A stretch of 64,000 bases of DNA from an uncultured Candidatus Saccharibacteria bacterium (GTDB taxonomy: Bacteria; Patescibacteriota; Doudnabacteria; UBA920). The number at the start of each line of letters is the position of its first letter. The stretch's first letter is position 1. Under the pieces are notes generated by a model. It worked only from the letters and a program-made list of their open reading frames with translations, had not been told where the DNA came from and did not search any database. Of the stretch, positions 39,442 to 47,560 are shown in pieces. Where the stretch lies: NCBI GenBank assembly GCA_964474825.1, contig CAYYWQ010000001.1, positions 1,130,184 to 1,194,183 on the forward strand, in the 5' to 3' direction. Made by a program: the position numbers and the translations under genes.

Positions 39442-40181
39442 CTGTTTATATAACTTTCAACAATTTCTTGCGAATTGCCTTGTTCAACAATCTCGCCCTT
39501 CTCCATCCACATAACTTTACTGCAATATTTTTTTACAGCAGACAAATCATGGGTAACTAAAACAACGCTAAGTCCTTGGCTTACTGCTTCCTGAATTTTT
39601 TTAGCGCTTTTGTTTTTAAAGTTTTCGTCGCCAATTTCAAAAACTTCGTCCAGCAAAAGTATTTCCGGCCGCGAGAAAATGGCCAGGGAAAAAGCCAGAC
39701 GCTGCTTCATGCCTTCGGAGAATTGGTAGATTTTTGTTTCCATGTATTCGGCAAGGCCTGAAAATTCCGCAATGGAATTTAGTTTGTCTTTTATTTCCTG
39801 CCTGCCTAAGCCAAACAGAGAACAGCACAGGAAAATGTTGTCTTTCATGCTTAGCCTGTCCTGCAGGGCCGCGCCTAAATTTATTAAAGAAATTATTTTT
39901 CCGTGCGTCAAAACCTGTCCCATATCCGGCTGGTAAATACCCGCAACTATTCTCAGCAGGGTGCTTTTTCCGCTGCCGTTTTTACCCAAAATACCTAAAA
40001 TTTCTCCCTCTTTAAGTTCAAAAGAAATATTATTTAACGCCCAAATGTCTTTTTTTGGCTCCCTTCCCGAAAATATAGACAAGAAATACCACAAAACACT
40101 CTGCTTTTTTTTAAAGCCAATCCTGAATTTTTTTGAAATATTTTTTACACTCACTCTTTGCATTTTAAATCCTTTCCGCAA
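39438..40181 (-). CDS. ABC transporter ATP-binding protein, polysaccharide/teichoic-acid export type (Wzt/TagH/KpsT-like), no C-terminal carbohydrate-binding domain
   Basis: Walker A 'GKNGSGKST', signature 'FSEGMKQRLAFS', Walker B 'ILLLDEV'. 247 aa. Confidence 0.85.
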   Translation of the reverse strand: MRKGFKMQRVSVKNISKKFRIGFKKKQSVLWYFLSIFSGREPKKDIWALNNISFELKEGEILGILGKNGSGKSTLLRIVAGIYQPDMGQVLTHGKIISLINLGAALQDRLSMKDNIFLCCSLFGLGRQEIKDKLNSIAEFSGLAEYMETKIYQFSEGMKQRLAFSLAIFSRPEILLLDEVFEIGDENFKNKSAKKIQEAVSQGLSVVLVTHDLSAVKKYCSKVMWMEKGEIVEQGNSQEIVESYINS

Positions 40182-40959
40182 ATTTCCGTTTTAAGCAGCT
40201 AAAAATAAAAATGCCCACCAGCAAAAAAAGCAGGGTGTAAAGTATTACCCCTAAAATTATATACAGTTCGGGTGTTCTGCCATAAAGCAAAAGGTCCCGG
40301 GAAGCGGTTAAGAAGTAGTATAGGGGATTAAATAAATTAAAAATAAACAGCCGGTTCTGCCCGCCTATGGTGTAAAAAATCGGTGTGGCAAACCATAACA
40401 GTCTCGCAATAAAAGCCCAAATATTTTCTAAGTCCGTAAAGTAAACAGTCAGGGAAGAAAGTATTAGGGAGGCTCCAAAAGTAAACAGGAAAAAAAATAA
40501 AAAAATCACCACATAAAAAAACAACCCTTTTAAAGGCAAGCCAGAAAAAATCATAAAGCCTGCAAAAACAATAATTTCAAAAAAATGGGAAAAGGAAGCT
40601 TTGAAAGCAGAGGAGCTTACAATGGCCTCTAAAGGAAATCTAATAGATTTAATTACTCCCCGGTGTATGTGTATTGCTTTGGTGGACTCTGTAGTTACGT
40701 ACTGGAAGAAGTTAAACATTATTAAACCCAAAAGCAGGTAAAGAGGGTAGTGCTTTATACCTTCTCCAAGCCTTGCTGAAAAAACCGCCAAAAGAAGGCC
40801 AAAGGTCAGTAGAGGAGCGAGTAAATACCAAAATACTCCCAAAAAACTGCCTTCATTCCGCTCTTTAAATCCGGCCTTGGCCAGTTCAAAGCTTAGGCGG
40901 AGAAAACCTTTCATTTTGTGGGCAGATCCCATATCCGCGGGTTTTAATAAACTCTCCAT
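40165..40959 (-). CDS. ABC-2 type transporter permease (Wzm/TagG-like)
   Basis: Six predicted TM helices. About 264 aa. Overlaps the downstream ATPase gene (operon). Confidence 0.7.
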   Translation of the reverse strand: MESLLKPADMGSAHKMKGFLRLSFELAKAGFKERNEGSFLGVFWYLLAPLLTFGLLLAVFSARLGEGIKHYPLYLLLGLIMFNFFQYVTTESTKAIHIHRGVIKSIRFPLEAIVSSSAFKASFSHFFEIIVFAGFMIFSGLPLKGLFFYVVIFLFFFLFTFGASLILSSLTVYFTDLENIWAFIARLLWFATPIFYTIGGQNRLFIFNLFNPLYYFLTASRDLLLYGRTPELYIILGVILYTLLFLLVGIFIFSCLKRKFAERI

Positions 40960-41007
40960 GATACAATAAAGTATATTGTATTTAACACCTAAAGTGAAAT
41001 TACATAA

Positions 41008-42816
41008 ATGCTCCAGGTTATAGTTGGTGCTATTTTACTTCTTTTCCCATTTTTACTTTTAATAAAATATAAAGACAAAAGCTTGGCTTTTGTTTATATT
41101 TTTTCTTTGTGGCTGGCATTCCATTTGTTTGTTGCTCTGGTAACTCAGCTGCTGCATATTTTTACTTACCCTGTTTTGCTTGGCGCTAATTTAGTTTTAG
41201 CCGGGGCGGTTTTAGGGGTAATGCGGTCTTCTTGGGTCAAGCCAAAGCTTTTTCCCGCTGAGTTCCTAAAAAATAATTGGGCGCCGCTTTTTGCCCTGGC
41301 CCTGGCTTTTATTTGTCTTTATTCTGTCCACTATAATTATTCTGGAAAATACAGTGTGGTTGGTACATCTGAATATAAGGAAGTTAAAAATATGAAGTAT
41401 GAGTATCCTTATTTTGCAGACGAGTGGTATTCCGCAGCCTTTATAAAAGATTCAATAAGCTCCCGTTCATTGCCAGTTAGAAATCCGCTGACAAAACTTA
41501 AGTTGCCTTTTGTAAATTTTGAAATTGCTTTCCATTCATTTTTGTCCGGTTTGTTTTTGCTTTTAGGTGTAGAGCCGCTTACGACTTACCCGGTCATAAG
41601 TTTAATTTTTAATTTGGTTATTTGCGGTTTAATTTATCTATTCCTCAGAAGGAATAACATTGGGAAAAAGGCCGCGGCAATTTGTGGTCTTCTTGCTCTG
41701 TATATTACAAACGGCAGCAACCTCCCCGGACTGTGGACACTTATTCCTTTCACCTTAGGAATTATTTCAATTTTACTTGGGTTTATTTTTTTAAGTTCCG
41801 GCAAAAAAATGGAGGCTTTGCTTACAGCGGTCTTGGTCCTTTTATTTTACCCGCCGTTTTTCCCTTTTTATACTTTAATGATTATTTTATTTTTGTTGTT
41901 TTCTAAAAATTTGAGCACCAAAGAAAAAATTAATGACGCTGCCTATTATTTTTCCATCTGCCTTGTTATCGGCTTTCTTGTCTCACTTGCTCACTTTGCG
42001 GCGGGCAAGGGAACCACAGGCGCCCTCAACGAAATATTTTCCAAAATATTTTACCAAACTCTAACAGTGCCTTATAATCCTAATTTTCCTATATTATCAG
42101 TCGTGCCCTACTTGGCTTTGCTTTTACTGCCCTTTGGAATTTACTCCGCGACAAAAAAGCATATTTGGCTGGCCGCCAGTGTTTTTTTAGGGCTGGCTTT
42201 TTGGATATTTTATTCCCTTTCTACCTTCCGGGTATTTATAGAATATGAACGCGTAGTAATTTTAACTTCAATATTAATAGTTATAGTAGCGGGATTTGGG
42301 CTGGAGTATTTGGCCGGACTGCTTAAAAGAGTTAGATTTTTTAGGGGAAATAGCTACGTTGAATATTTGCTTTCGGCAGTACTGATTTGTTTTTTATTTT
42401 TTACTTTTAATTATACCAACAGAGATTCCTGGAAGAATTTTACTACAGACGCGGCAGCAGACGGCGAGTTTTTAATTCCTTTGGCCGTGGCTAATAATTA
42501 TTTGGTTCTAGATGACTTAGAAGTTTTTAAAAATATTCATAATAAAATTTTCTTAAGCTTGCCTTGGAAGGGAACAGTCTTGGGAGTTGCTACTAACAAT
42601 TACCCGGCCAGCATAAAAACCGGCACCATTGGGATTTATCCATATTTAGGGAAGCAGTTTATGGCCGTAAGTTGCCGTGAAAAAAGCCTGCTGGCCAAAG
42701 CCTACAGGCTGGATTATGTGTACCTACCAAAATTTACCTGCCCGGAATTTGAATTTGTAAGTAGTAGCGGGGAAGGCTTTTATTTGTACCAATTTAAAAA
42801 GCCCCAGGCCTCTTAA
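41008..42816 (+). CDS. Polytopic membrane protein (about 13-14 TM + about 140-aa C-terminal extracytoplasmic domain); GT-C-like glycosyltransferase/oligosaccharyltransferase candidate
   Basis: Topology only: many TM helices, a roughly 70-aa loop after TM4, a soluble C-terminal domain. No sequence motif confidently recognised. Confidence 0.4.
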   Translation: MLQVIVGAILLLFPFLLLIKYKDKSLAFVYIFSLWLAFHLFVALVTQLLHIFTYPVLLGANLVLAGAVLGVMRSSWVKPKLFPAEFLKNNWAPLFALALAFICLYSVHYNYSGKYSVVGTSEYKEVKNMKYEYPYFADEWYSAAFIKDSISSRSLPVRNPLTKLKLPFVNFEIAFHSFLSGLFLLLGVEPLTTYPVISLIFNLVICGLIYLFLRRNNIGKKAAAICGLLALYITNGSNLPGLWTLIPFTLGIISILLGFIFLSSGKKMEALLTAVLVLLFYPPFFPFYTLMIILFLLFSKNLSTKEKINDAAYYFSICLVIGFLVSLAHFAAGKGTTGALNEIFSKIFYQTLTVPYNPNFPILSVVPYLALLLLPFGIYSATKKHIWLAASVFLGLAFWIFYSLSTFRVFIEYERVVILTSILIVIVAGFGLEYLAGLLKRVRFFRGNSYVEYLLSAVLICFLFFTFNYTNRDSWKNFTTDAAADGEFLIPLAVANNYLVLDDLEVFKNIHNKIFLSLPWKGTVLGVATNNYPASIKTGTIGIYPYLGKQFMAVSCREKSLLAKAYRLDYVYLPKFTCPEFEFVSSSGEGFYLYQFKKPQAS

Positions 42817-43592
42817 CTTTTCGCCAAAGTTTTTATATATTTTAAAACAATTTCCGCCTGCTCCTTAGGATTTTGCTTGTCGGAATTTAAAGTAACGTGC
42901 GGGTTTTTCGGCGCTTCATAAGGTTTATTTTGGTCTTTAGGGAGTTTGCGCGCAATATATATCCACACCGGTTTTATTAGCCGGTCAATTTTTTGGCGGA
43001 CATTCTTAAATGGGGCAATTACAGAAACAATAACAGGGGACTGTTTGGAAAGAGCCAGCGCGAGTCTGGCAACACGCAGGTTGTGTTCAGTCCTGTCTTG
43101 TTTGGAAAACCCGGCATCTAAAGAAATAGACTGGCGCATCTCATCTCCATCTAAAACCACGCCGCCTATTTTTTCTTTTAGCAGTGAAGCCAGTGTTGTC
43201 TTCCCCGCGCCGCTTTGTCCGGTTATCCAGTAAATAGGGAAGCGCTTTAAATTTTTCTCCCTGGTTTTTGTTCCTGAAATATTTTCTACTTCCGAAGAGA
43301 GTTCTATTTTTCTAATGGCATAACCTACGTCCCTGCCGTAGCAAATTTCGTCTATGTCCGGTATGGTAATAATTTTTACCAGCTCCCCGTATTTTTTTAA
43401 GCTCCGTGAAATAATATTCCAGCGTTCAGCGGTACTGTAAGGGTTGGTGGGGCTAATTTCCGTGTCCCTAATGGCAATGACAACGGGTTTGCCTTTTTTT
43501 AGTACAGTCTCTATTAAGGTAAGGTGGCCTTTATGAAAAGGTTGCCACCTGCCCACGAACAAGCTGGCCGGTTGGATTTGGGGTTTCTTCAT
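42813..43592 (-). CDS. Fusion of an HxGH nucleotidyltransferase-like domain with adenylyl-sulfate (APS) kinase
   Basis: N-terminal 'FVGRWQPFHKGHLTLIE' (cytidylyltransferase/NMNAT-type HxGH). C-terminal 'ITGQSGAGKTTLASLLKEKIGGVVLDGDEMR' (CysC Walker A plus LDGD). The linker region is present. Confidence 0.65.
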   Translation of the reverse strand: MKKPQIQPASLFVGRWQPFHKGHLTLIETVLKKGKPVVIAIRDTEISPTNPYSTAERWNIISRSLKKYGELVKIITIPDIDEICYGRDVGYAIRKIELSSEVENISGTKTREKNLKRFPIYWITGQSGAGKTTLASLLKEKIGGVVLDGDEMRQSISLDAGFSKQDRTEHNLRVARLALALSKQSPVIVSVIAPFKNVRQKIDRLIKPVWIYIARKLPKDQNKPYEAPKNPHVTLNSDKQNPKEQAEIVLKYIKTLAKS

Positions 43593-43719
43593 ATCAAAAA
43601 GTATATCATCTTTATTTTGGATTGTCTTAGCTTAAAAAAATACATTTACAAGGCTGGGATTTTAATTTTAATGGATTATGTGTATAATACTTTAGTATTA
43701 TTAAAATTAATTTTTAACT

Positions 43720-44364
43720 ATGGATATGAACAACAAGTTTCAAAGAGTTTTTATGAAGTGGCTGCCTTTGGCGATTGTCACAATAGTTCTAGCAGGAACA
43801 GTTTATGTGGCGATACAACAGAATTACAGGATGTCTGCCAATGACCCGCAAATTCAGGTGGCGGAAGACGTAGCAGAGGCCATTACCAGTGGTACAGCGG
43901 CTCCGGACAGCATTGTCCCGGCTGCTCCCACCGCGGACATGACCAAAAGCCTTTCCACTTTTTTAATTATTTACAGTGCCAGCGGCACCCCGGTTGGGGG
44001 CTCTGTTGCGCTCGACGGAAAAATCCCAACTCCGCCCGCCGGAGTGTTTGACAACGTAAAAAAACATGGACAGGAACGCTTAACCTGGCAGCCCAAGGCC
44101 GGAGTTAGAATGGCTACGGTTATTGTAAGTTTTGCGGGTCCGGAATCCGGTTATGTGTTAGTGGGTCGTTCTTTGGAAGAAGTGGAAGCCAGAATAATGC
44201 AGCTTGGTTTGTTGGTTGGCCTGGGCACTTTAGTTGCTTTAATTTTAAGTTTTTTGGCTATGTTTTTTATGGCAGGTGCCGGACATGGCCACGCGCATGA
44301 GCATCACCATGACCACGAGGTACCGGGCTTGTCCGGGCATAACCATAATGACTCCGCAGTTTAA
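43720..44364 (+). CDS. Membrane-anchored hypothetical protein with His-rich C-terminus
   Basis: TM 'WLPLAIVTIVLAGTVYVAI'. A second TM lies near the C-terminus. Tail 'GAGHGHAHEHHHDHEVPGLSGHNHND' (metal-binding-like). Confidence 0.45.
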   Translation: MDMNNKFQRVFMKWLPLAIVTIVLAGTVYVAIQQNYRMSANDPQIQVAEDVAEAITSGTAAPDSIVPAAPTADMTKSLSTFLIIYSASGTPVGGSVALDGKIPTPPAGVFDNVKKHGQERLTWQPKAGVRMATVIVSFAGPESGYVLVGRSLEEVEARIMQLGLLVGLGTLVALILSFLAMFFMAGAGHGHAHEHHHDHEVPGLSGHNHNDSAV

Positions 44365-44382
44365 GAGCTTTTTGAGCTAGTC

Positions 44383-44411
44383 TTGCCAGGGAAAGCAAAT
44401 TACGCTATAAT
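44383..44411 (+). promoter_or_regulatory. sigma70-type promoter (TTGCCA-17-TATAAT) for the RRM gene, with about 115-nt structured 5'UTR
   Basis: TTGCCA 44383-88, a 17-nt spacer, TATAAT 44406-11. Confidence 0.4.
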
Positions 44412-44525
44412 CCTCTCATCATCTTAATTTAAGTGTCTGCGGCCTAAGAGCCTAGTGTCAGTTAAATTGCAATTTATTTTAAGTAAGAGTGTAAGATGAG
44501 CTCTTAAGTAGAAAGGCCAGATTTC

Positions 44526-44888
44526 ATGGCCAAGAAGTTATTTGTCGGCGGAATTCCGTGGGCAACCACATCCGACGATTTGCAGCAGTTGTTCAGTGCC
44601 CATGGCACAGTTAGCTCTGCGACAGTTATTACGGACAAAATGTCCGGACGCAGCAGAGGTTTTGGATTCGTTGAATTTGAAAACGACGCCGAAGCCGATG
44701 CGGCAACAGCAGCTTTAAACAACAGCCAGTACGGCGGCAGGACTTTGGTAGTCAAAGAAGCCCGTCCTCTGGAAGACCGACCAAAAAGAAGCTTTGGCGG
44801 CGGTGATCGCGGCGGTTACGGTGGTGGACGCGGCGGCAGCGGCGGTTACGGTGGTGGCCATGGCGGCGGTCACAGAGACCAATACTAA
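44526..44888 (+). CDS. Glycine-rich RNA-binding protein (single RRM domain)
   Basis: RNP2 'KLFVGGI', RNP1 'RGFGFVEF'. C-terminal GGYGGG repeats. Confidence 0.8.
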   Translation: MAKKLFVGGIPWATTSDDLQQLFSAHGTVSSATVITDKMSGRSRGFGFVEFENDAEADAATAALNNSQYGGRTLVVKEARPLEDRPKRSFGGGDRGGYGGGRGGSGGYGGGHGGGHRDQY

Positions 44889-44958
44889 TTTTGAGTTTCG
44901 AAAAGCTCTTCCTTCTGGGAGAGCTTTTTTGTTTTAGCAGATATGTTATAATTTCTTT

Positions 44959-45375
44959 ATGCACAGAAGACATAAGCACGACATAATAGTTATATTGGCC
45001 ATGCTTGGTTTTGCGGACACGATTTATTTAACTGTCTACAAGGCTTTGGGAATTGCGGTTCCTTGCGGCCTAACAGGAGGTTGTGAGGCAGTGCTTTCCA
45101 GTAAGTACTCTTCCTTCCTGGGGGTGACTTTGGCAGAGTGGGGGATTGTGTTTTTTGGGGGAATCATTATTGCCGCGCTTTTGGCCAACCATTACGACAA
45201 ATGGCGCAAACTTTTAACAGTGGGTTTGGCTTTGGGCAGCGTTGGTGCCCTGGTTTTTTTGTCCCTGCAATTTTTTGTCATTAAACAAATTTGTGAGTAT
45301 TGCCTGCTAAGTGATTTATTGGTTATTGCCTTACTGATTTTTGATATTAATATAGAACACCGCAGGGAAGTTTAG
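44959..45375 (+). CDS. Vitamin K epoxide reductase (VKOR)-family membrane thiol oxidoreductase
   Basis: Loop cysteine pair 'CGLTGGC', a conserved downstream Ser/Tyr-rich segment, and active-site 'CEYC' at the start of the last TM. Four TM helices. Confidence 0.6.
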   Translation: MHRRHKHDIIVILAMLGFADTIYLTVYKALGIAVPCGLTGGCEAVLSSKYSSFLGVTLAEWGIVFFGGIIIAALLANHYDKWRKLLTVGLALGSVGALVFLSLQFFVIKQICEYCLLSDLLVIALLIFDINIEHRREV

Positions 45376-45443
45376 AAGTTTTCGCCAAAATTCCAAATTC
45401 GTGCTATACTGTTTGAAAGTTTAAAACACCTGAAACAAAAAAA

Positions 45444-45761
45444 ATGTTGACTAATCTTATAACCTATTTTTGGATTGCCTTAGCCTTACTCGCCGTTGGG
45501 AGTATTTATTTAATTGCCGAAGGTTACAAGGTCCATAAATTGTTCGCCGACTCCATTGTCGGCAAACTTGTCAAAGCCCTGGTGGTTGTATTTTTAATTG
45601 AGCTCTACAGTTTGGGAATAGTTTGTTTTGCCTTCCTGACCTTTTATAAAAAAGGCATATGGGTTTTGTTTCCTATAGTTTTGCTTTGGATGGTTTGCCT
45701 TTTGTTCGCAATTTTTGCAATTCGTTCCGCAAAAAAACAAGTTACAAGTTTGGTTAAATAA
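45444..45761 (+). CDS. Small integral membrane protein (3 TM), hypothetical
   Basis: Hydrophobic profile only. Confidence 0.4.
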   Translation: MLTNLITYFWIALALLAVGSIYLIAEGYKVHKLFADSIVGKLVKALVVVFLIELYSLGIVCFAFLTFYKKGIWVLFPIVLLWMVCLLFAIFAIRSAKKQVTSLVK

Positions 45762-45785
45762 TTTTTATAATTAAATTTTTTTACT

Positions 45786-45971
45786 ATGGCAAATATGCAG
45801 TCAGCGCAGTTCTCTAAACCAGAGGCCTATGACCCTCGCTGGTTCATTTGGACAATTGTCTTCTTGATTGTTACGGGCATTTCCTTGGTCAGCTATATTA
45901 TGCTCAGCGATACAAGCTCGGCAGACGATGGCTCCACACCAACTCACCGTACCACAACACAACAAAAATAG
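45786..45971 (+). CDS. Small single-TM protein, hypothetical
   Basis: 'WFIWTIVFLIVTGISLVSYIML' TM. A terminator follows. Confidence 0.3.
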   Translation: MANMQSAQFSKPEAYDPRWFIWTIVFLIVTGISLVSYIMLSDTSSADDGSTPTHRTTTQQK

Positions 45972-45980
45972 TTTTTTAGA

Positions 45981-46020
45981 AATAAATCAAGCCGACATAA
46001 AGTCGGCTTGATTTATTTTT
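45981..46020 (+). terminator. Rho-independent terminator
   Basis: aaataaatcaagccgac-ataaa-gtcggcttgatttattttt, a perfect 17-bp stem. Confidence 0.55.
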
Positions 46021-46204
46021 GTAGATGTGCTATAATACATATAGTGAAATTCATAAATCAGTGCCAAAATAGCATTGGTTTTGCAGAAACAAAAAAATTT
46101 ACCCACCTGAAATTTTGAGTGTTTGAGTGAAAGTAGACAAAGGGCTTTTTATATATAGCAAAATGTGGAATTAAATCCTTTTTGTTGTATACATTCTCAA
46201 AATC

Positions 46205-47479
46205 TTGGTGGGCAAGAACAAAAACACAATGGAATATTTGTTAAGAGCAATACAGCTTCCCAATATTAGCTTGCGTCGCGCCGGCGATTTTTGTTTTGCA
46301 GGGCTGCTTCATGTTAAGGATCATGTCATTCCGCACGCGCGGAATAATTATCATCCACATATTTTGGGCGACAGAGCTTTGGGACTTATGTCTATGGTTT
46401 TGGTTGGGGTCAAAATTCTCACTATCGCCCTCTTAACTGCAGGACCAATTCTTCCCGCCTTTTCTTCCGCCATTACCCAAGGCAACATTATTGTTTTAAC
46501 TAATCAATCAAGGCAGGACTTTGGACTTAACAGCCTGTCAGAAAACTCAGTGCTGGATAAAGCAGCGCAGGCCAAAGCAGACGACATGCTGGCCAAGGGT
46601 TACTTTGCCCACGTAACACCAGACGGAAAAACCCCGTGGGATTTTATAAGTTCCGCCGGCTACAATTATTTAATGGCCGGGGAAAATTTGGCAGTTAATT
46701 TTGCGGAAGCAGAAAGCGTGGAAACTGCCTGGATGAACAGCCCGGGACACAAAGCAAATATTTTAAATAAAAATTTTGAACAAATCGGCATTGGCATTTC
46801 ACAAGGAGAGTTTCAGGGGCACTCCGCCATTTTTGTGGTGCAAATGTTCGGCGTGCCGGCGGATCAAAAAATTGCCATTACCAACCAACCCACCAAGGTA
46901 TTAACTGAATCAGTACCTGTCCCGACAAGTCCTACGGCACTTTCCGACATTAAAGGCGCGGCCGTGCAAGTTTCTCCGGAGAAATTAATTATCAGCAATG
47001 CAAGCACCGAGGTTAAGGACGGTCAGTTGCAAATTAGCGCTCATGTTGCCGGCGACCCGGTTAAGGTTTTGGCATACTTTGGCGACAAAGCTGTTATGAT
47101 GTCGCCCCAAACCAGCGGCGCGTGGACGGCACAGGCGGACTTGCAGCAGTTGGCTGCCGGAAATTTAACAGTGCACATTAAAGCTTTTGACATTAAGGAG
47201 CAGACTGCTGACATTCAATTGGCAGATTTCAGCAACGGCACAGTTAGCAATTACAATGTAGTTGCGCCAGTTGACTCTTCTTCAGTAAAAGTCTCCTGGA
47301 TGGGAAAAATTTTCCAGCCAAAGAGCGTGGCCGAGAAATTCTATTTATATTTTATTGCCGGAATTTTAAGCAGTATGATTTTAGCAATTGTCATTAAGCG
47401 CCATATTCAGCACGTTAACCTAATAGCCAATGGGTCCTTCGTTGTAATTTTGGCCAGCTTATTACTAATGGCAAGATAA
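46205..47479 (+). CDS. CAP/SCP (PR-1-like) domain protein with C-terminal TM anchor. The start is uncertain (TTG 46205 or ATG 46229; a long 5'UTR from the TGcTATAAT promoter at 46028-36)
   Basis: 'GYFAHVTPDGKTPWDFI…GENLA…WMNSPGHKANILNKNFEQIGIGI' CAP-domain signature. C-terminal hydrophobic helices. Confidence 0.65.
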   Translation: MVGKNKNTMEYLLRAIQLPNISLRRAGDFCFAGLLHVKDHVIPHARNNYHPHILGDRALGLMSMVLVGVKILTIALLTAGPILPAFSSAITQGNIIVLTNQSRQDFGLNSLSENSVLDKAAQAKADDMLAKGYFAHVTPDGKTPWDFISSAGYNYLMAGENLAVNFAEAESVETAWMNSPGHKANILNKNFEQIGIGISQGEFQGHSAIFVVQMFGVPADQKIAITNQPTKVLTESVPVPTSPTALSDIKGAAVQVSPEKLIISNASTEVKDGQLQISAHVAGDPVKVLAYFGDKAVMMSPQTSGAWTAQADLQQLAAGNLTVHIKAFDIKEQTADIQLADFSNGTVSNYNVVAPVDSSSVKVSWMGKIFQPKSVAEKFYLYFIAGILSSMILAIVIKRHIQHVNLIANGSFVVILASLLLMAR

Positions 47480-47560
47480 AGGCTTGGCAAAATAGAAAAT
47501 TAATACCTAGCCGCCAAAAGTTTGGCGGTTTTTTTGTGGGTGTGGTATATTAAATAGGTA

